Positions 61,342 to 64,000 of a stretch of 64,000 bases of DNA are shown piece after piece. Source of the stretch: a virus. The notes beneath the pieces are model-generated. The model ran no database searches. It was given only the letters and a program-made list of their open reading frames with translations, and was not told the DNA's origin. The stretch covers positions 4,381-68,380 of IMG/VR virus record IMGVR_UViG_3300005264_000039. One strand, written 5' to 3'. Position 1 is the first letter of the stretch, and each line of letters starts with the position of its first letter. A program made the position numbers and the translations under genes.

Positions 61342-61571
61342 TATAATTGGTTTTTATTATTATAATATAAATAAAGTAAATATTTAATAAAAACTTACTT
61401 TATTTATAAATAAAATACAATAATTGATAAATCGAAACAAATTACTGATTATGAACTTTATTATCAATACATATTATTTAGTAAAATAATTATAAATATT
61501 TTTGGTTATTAAATAAAAGATATTATACTTTAAATGTTCAATTAAATTATTAATCATAAAAAATAAATACA

Positions 61572-61919
61572 ATGAATTGGAAATACACAATAAACATCAA
61601 AGATAATTTTGAAGAAAATACATCTAAAAAATTAGTTGTTAATTTAAGTAACAAAATAATATACCAATTAAAACGGATTATCATTAAAATTAATAGAAAT
61701 CTATCAGAAGATGACAAATATTATCAAAATAACTTGATTGAAGAGTTAATTGAAAAGTTTGAGTTTATCATTGAATTAACTAATATCAAACCTGAAAATT
61801 ATTATAAATATGATTTCAATGGTAATTTTGAAAATATTTTTAATGAAGGTATTACTGAATTGTATGATGTGGGTGACACACTCATAGAAAAAAACACTAA
61901 ATTCATATGGATAAAATAA
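61572..61919 (+). CDS. hypothetical phage protein
   Basis: MNWKYTINIK...ELYDVGD...IWI. Confidence 0.65.
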   Translation: MNWKYTINIKDNFEENTSKKLVVNLSNKIIYQLKRIIIKINRNLSEDDKYYQNNLIEELIEKFEFIIELTNIKPENYYKYDFNGNFENIFNEGITELYDVGDTLIEKNTKFIWIK

Positions 61920-62068
61920 AAAAAGCAGATATTATTAAAGCTGGATTAAATGGTTTCCACAATGGTCTGAAAAAGATTGGACGTATAAAATGTGGATTCC
62001 ATAAAAATAAACAAAAACAGTATAATTCATCCGACCGAAAACGCAAACATAAAATTAAACGTTATTAG
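61907..62068 (+). CDS. small basic protein (53 aa), not in ORF track
   Basis: MDKIKKADIIKAG...GFHKNKQKQYNSSDRKRKHKIKRY. Confidence 0.55.
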   Translation: MDKIKKADIIKAGLNGFHNGLKKIGRIKCGFHKNKQKQYNSSDRKRKHKIKRY

Positions 62069-62712
62069 ACGGTACGTAAGAACGTTTCAACAACCTTACA
62101 ATGTTGTTTAATAATATTATTGTCTATATTTCCAATTACATTTAATGATGTACAATATTTTTGTCGCTGTTTAGTAGTTGGATTGTCTTCTAAATTACTA
62201 ATAATATCAGCCATTTTAACAATACTAAGTGTTTTATCTTGTAATATTGAATATATTGAATTAACATATCCTAGTATTTTTAGTAATAATTTATCATCAT
62301 ATTTACAATTCATTCGTTTAGATATATTCACAACGTCTTCCAATGAAAACTTATTATCAGATGAAGTTTTCAAATTCAGTCTTTCAACTCCATTTACAAC
62401 TGTATTACCAAATTCAGTTTTTATTAATGATTTTAATTCAGTATATTTTAACCCACTATTATTAGTATCAACATCTTCTAATGTATCATGTAATATTGCA
62501 ATTATTTGTTGAGTCAAACTTCCTTTTAATTTTTTAACAATATTCATTACTGCAAATGGATGTACGATATATTTTTTTCCAGACCTTCGCTTTTGATTCC
62601 TATGTACATATGTAGCTATTGTAATGGCTCGCTCCAATTTATCCGTACTTGTTTTTTGTAATAACCCTGTACTCATCAATGTCTCTAAGATATAATTACT
62701 TAATTCTTCCAT
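62065..62712 (-). CDS. HD-domain RelA/SpoT-type (Mesh1/SAH-like) hydrolase
   Basis: H.NQKRRSG..YIVHP..V, AILHDTLED, FG..V...V..L, VKMADIISNL. Confidence 0.88.
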   Translation of the reverse strand: MEELSNYILETLMSTGLLQKTSTDKLERAITIATYVHRNQKRRSGKKYIVHPFAVMNIVKKLKGSLTQQIIAILHDTLEDVDTNNSGLKYTELKSLIKTEFGNTVVNGVERLNLKTSSDNKFSLEDVVNISKRMNCKYDDKLLLKILGYVNSIYSILQDKTLSIVKMADIISNLEDNPTTKQRQKYCTSLNVIGNIDNNIIKQHCKVVETFLRTV

Positions 62713-64000
62713 TATTTATTATTAAATTATTTTGTAACTGGTCATATGTCCCTTTAATATCAAAAGTAACTATATCACCCTGCCTTGAGTACCTTGCAAC
62801 AACTACTGAAGATGATGAACAGTTAGTTGAATAGGTTGTAGTTGCTGTCCATGTACCGCTAGTACTTACATTATCGTCTACATATTTTTTTGTTGCTGGC
62901 TCATAGTCGCTATCTGGTGTGAATGATGTAGTATTATCAAGTTCTAACACATTATTTTTATTAGCTTTGTCGTCTACAACGTCATCAAGTGTCTCTAACG
63001 CTTTTTGTACATTATCGTCATCGCTAGACAATGCACCATCAAAATTAGTTGTATCTGTTGGAATATCAGATGCATAACTGGTTGATGAACTTGCTCCACC
63101 ACTAGCACCTTTTATTTTTCTTAAGTCGTAGAATAATGAACCATCTGCGAGTTTTTGTAATTTCCCATTTCTATTTACAATCACAGCATATAAAAATATA
63201 AACTCTGGGTTTGGTAAACCATCTGTTACAATATTATCAATTTCTTTTTCAATTGCATTTCTGGCATTATATCTACTTGCATATGCATTTTGACCTAATA
63301 ATTTAACAATGTTATTTCCAGATATACTCGGCATTGCAACAAAAAATAATATCCAATAGTCGGTTGATGTTGTACCTTGTGTTAATTTCCACGTAGAACC
63401 TGTCCATTCATTCCACGCATAGTAAGTATCTCCACTATCATTTTTAATAGCAAGTCTATTGTCTGCTGAAACAGTTGTCCATTCTCCGCTTGCACCTAGT
63501 CGATATAAATATGGGTGGGTATTTTCAGTATAAACGTGATGCCTAATGTCTTCGTCCCAGAAATGACCAGATGTTATTTGTGAATATGTATAATCGTTGT
63601 TTGTCAAGCCTTCAATATCCATTAAACCGTCATTACCGTCATATCTTGCACCATAAGTAAGATGATTATAAGCATGTGTGCTTGCACTCATTCTTATTCC
63701 GTGTTGCTCATTACCTACACGACTCTCCCCTTGAGTTGCATTCCAATATACTAATGCTACTAACGCATATTGATATATAGTTTCAACAGACATCGAATCT
63801 TCTGCTACTTGTTGTAATACTCCAGAATTATCGAAATATATATAATAAGCACCAGTAGTATCAGGAATAGTTACTGACTGTGTTGTAGTTTTTATTATTT
63901 TTTTACCATTAGCCCAAAAATAAAAATTAGGTTGTCCGCTTTTAACTGCAATACTTATTGTTCTAGTTGCAATAGAAATGTCACCAAGACTATTAGGTGT
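62696..64000 (-). CDS. tail fibre-like protein, 5' end outside window
   Basis: Frame open from 64000; G/S/T/W-rich; NVQKALETL, PATKKYVDD, YSRQGDIV; higher GC than flanks. Confidence 0.7.
   Translation of the reverse strand, partial: TPNSLGDISIATRTISIAVKSGQPNFYFWANGKKIIKTTTQSVTIPDTTGAYYIYFDNSGVLQQVAEDSMSVETIYQYALVALVYWNATQGESRVGNEQHGIRMSASTHAYNHLTYGARYDGNDGLMDIEGLTNNDYTYSQITSGHFWDEDIRHHVYTENTHPYLYRLGASGEWTTVSADNRLAIKNDSGDTYYAWNEWTGSTWKLTQGTTSTDYWILFFVAMPSISGNNIVKLLGQNAYASRYNARNAIEKEIDNIVTDGLPNPEFIFLYAVIVNRNGKLQKLADGSLFYDLRKIKGASGGASSSTSYASDIPTDTTNFDGALSSDDDNVQKALETLDDVVDDKANKNNVLELDNTTSFTPDSDYEPATKKYVDDNVSTSGTWTATTTYSTNCSSSSVVVARYSRQGDIVTFDIKGTYDQLQNNLIINNGRIK

Noticed and set aside
1-64000. 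Stop-codon reassignment (TGA or TAG) suggested by in-frame TGA in remnants
   Set aside because: Core genes are uninterrupted in code 11 and end at expected places with TGA (sigma, M15 peptidase, RNA ligase) and TAG (major capsid).
62696-64000. Diversity-generating retroelement targeting the tail fibre
   Set aside because: No reverse transcriptase and no template/variable repeat pair differing at adenines seen in the window.
1-64000. tRNA, tmRNA or rRNA genes
   Set aside because: No GC-rich cloverleaf with a T-loop motif found by eye in intergenic regions; tRNAscan-SE or ARAGORN would be needed to exclude them fully.

Overview
Very AT-rich 64 kb segment of a large T4-like (myovirus-type, probably jumbo) phage genome in the standard genetic code. 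The host is probably a Bacteroidota species: TTTG-N19/20-TAnnTTTG promoters, A-rich starts without Shine-Dalgarno, and a signal peptide cleaving before Gln. Replication genes: intein-containing RecA/UvsX, gp32-like SSB, PolA-like protein, sliding clamp and PolB. Regulation and chaperone genes: sigma-70 and DnaJ. Virion genes are dispersed: gp20-like portal, acidic scaffold plus gp23-like major capsid, a baseplate cluster, a hub-amidase fusion and a partial tail fibre. Other enzymes: two further cell-wall hydrolases, RimK ligase, RNA ligase, an HD alarmone-hydrolase-like protein, glycosyltransferases and a sulfotransferase-like protein. Most notable observations: (i) a family of stand-alone cassettes sharing a promoter motif and an N-terminal LIExIV...(L/I)xE leader, resembling capsid-targeted internal proteins; (ii) a 104-bp element present twice in inverted orientation, with a third diverged copy; (iii) intact but motif-eroded enzyme homologues (QueA-, ThyX-, GT4-, PolA-, DEDD-like); (iv) three promoter classes; (v) two broken methyltransferases and two abrupt gene-fusion junctions. 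No tRNA, rRNA, CRISPR array, integrase or reverse transcriptase was seen. All family assignments come from visual motif recognition, not database searches.
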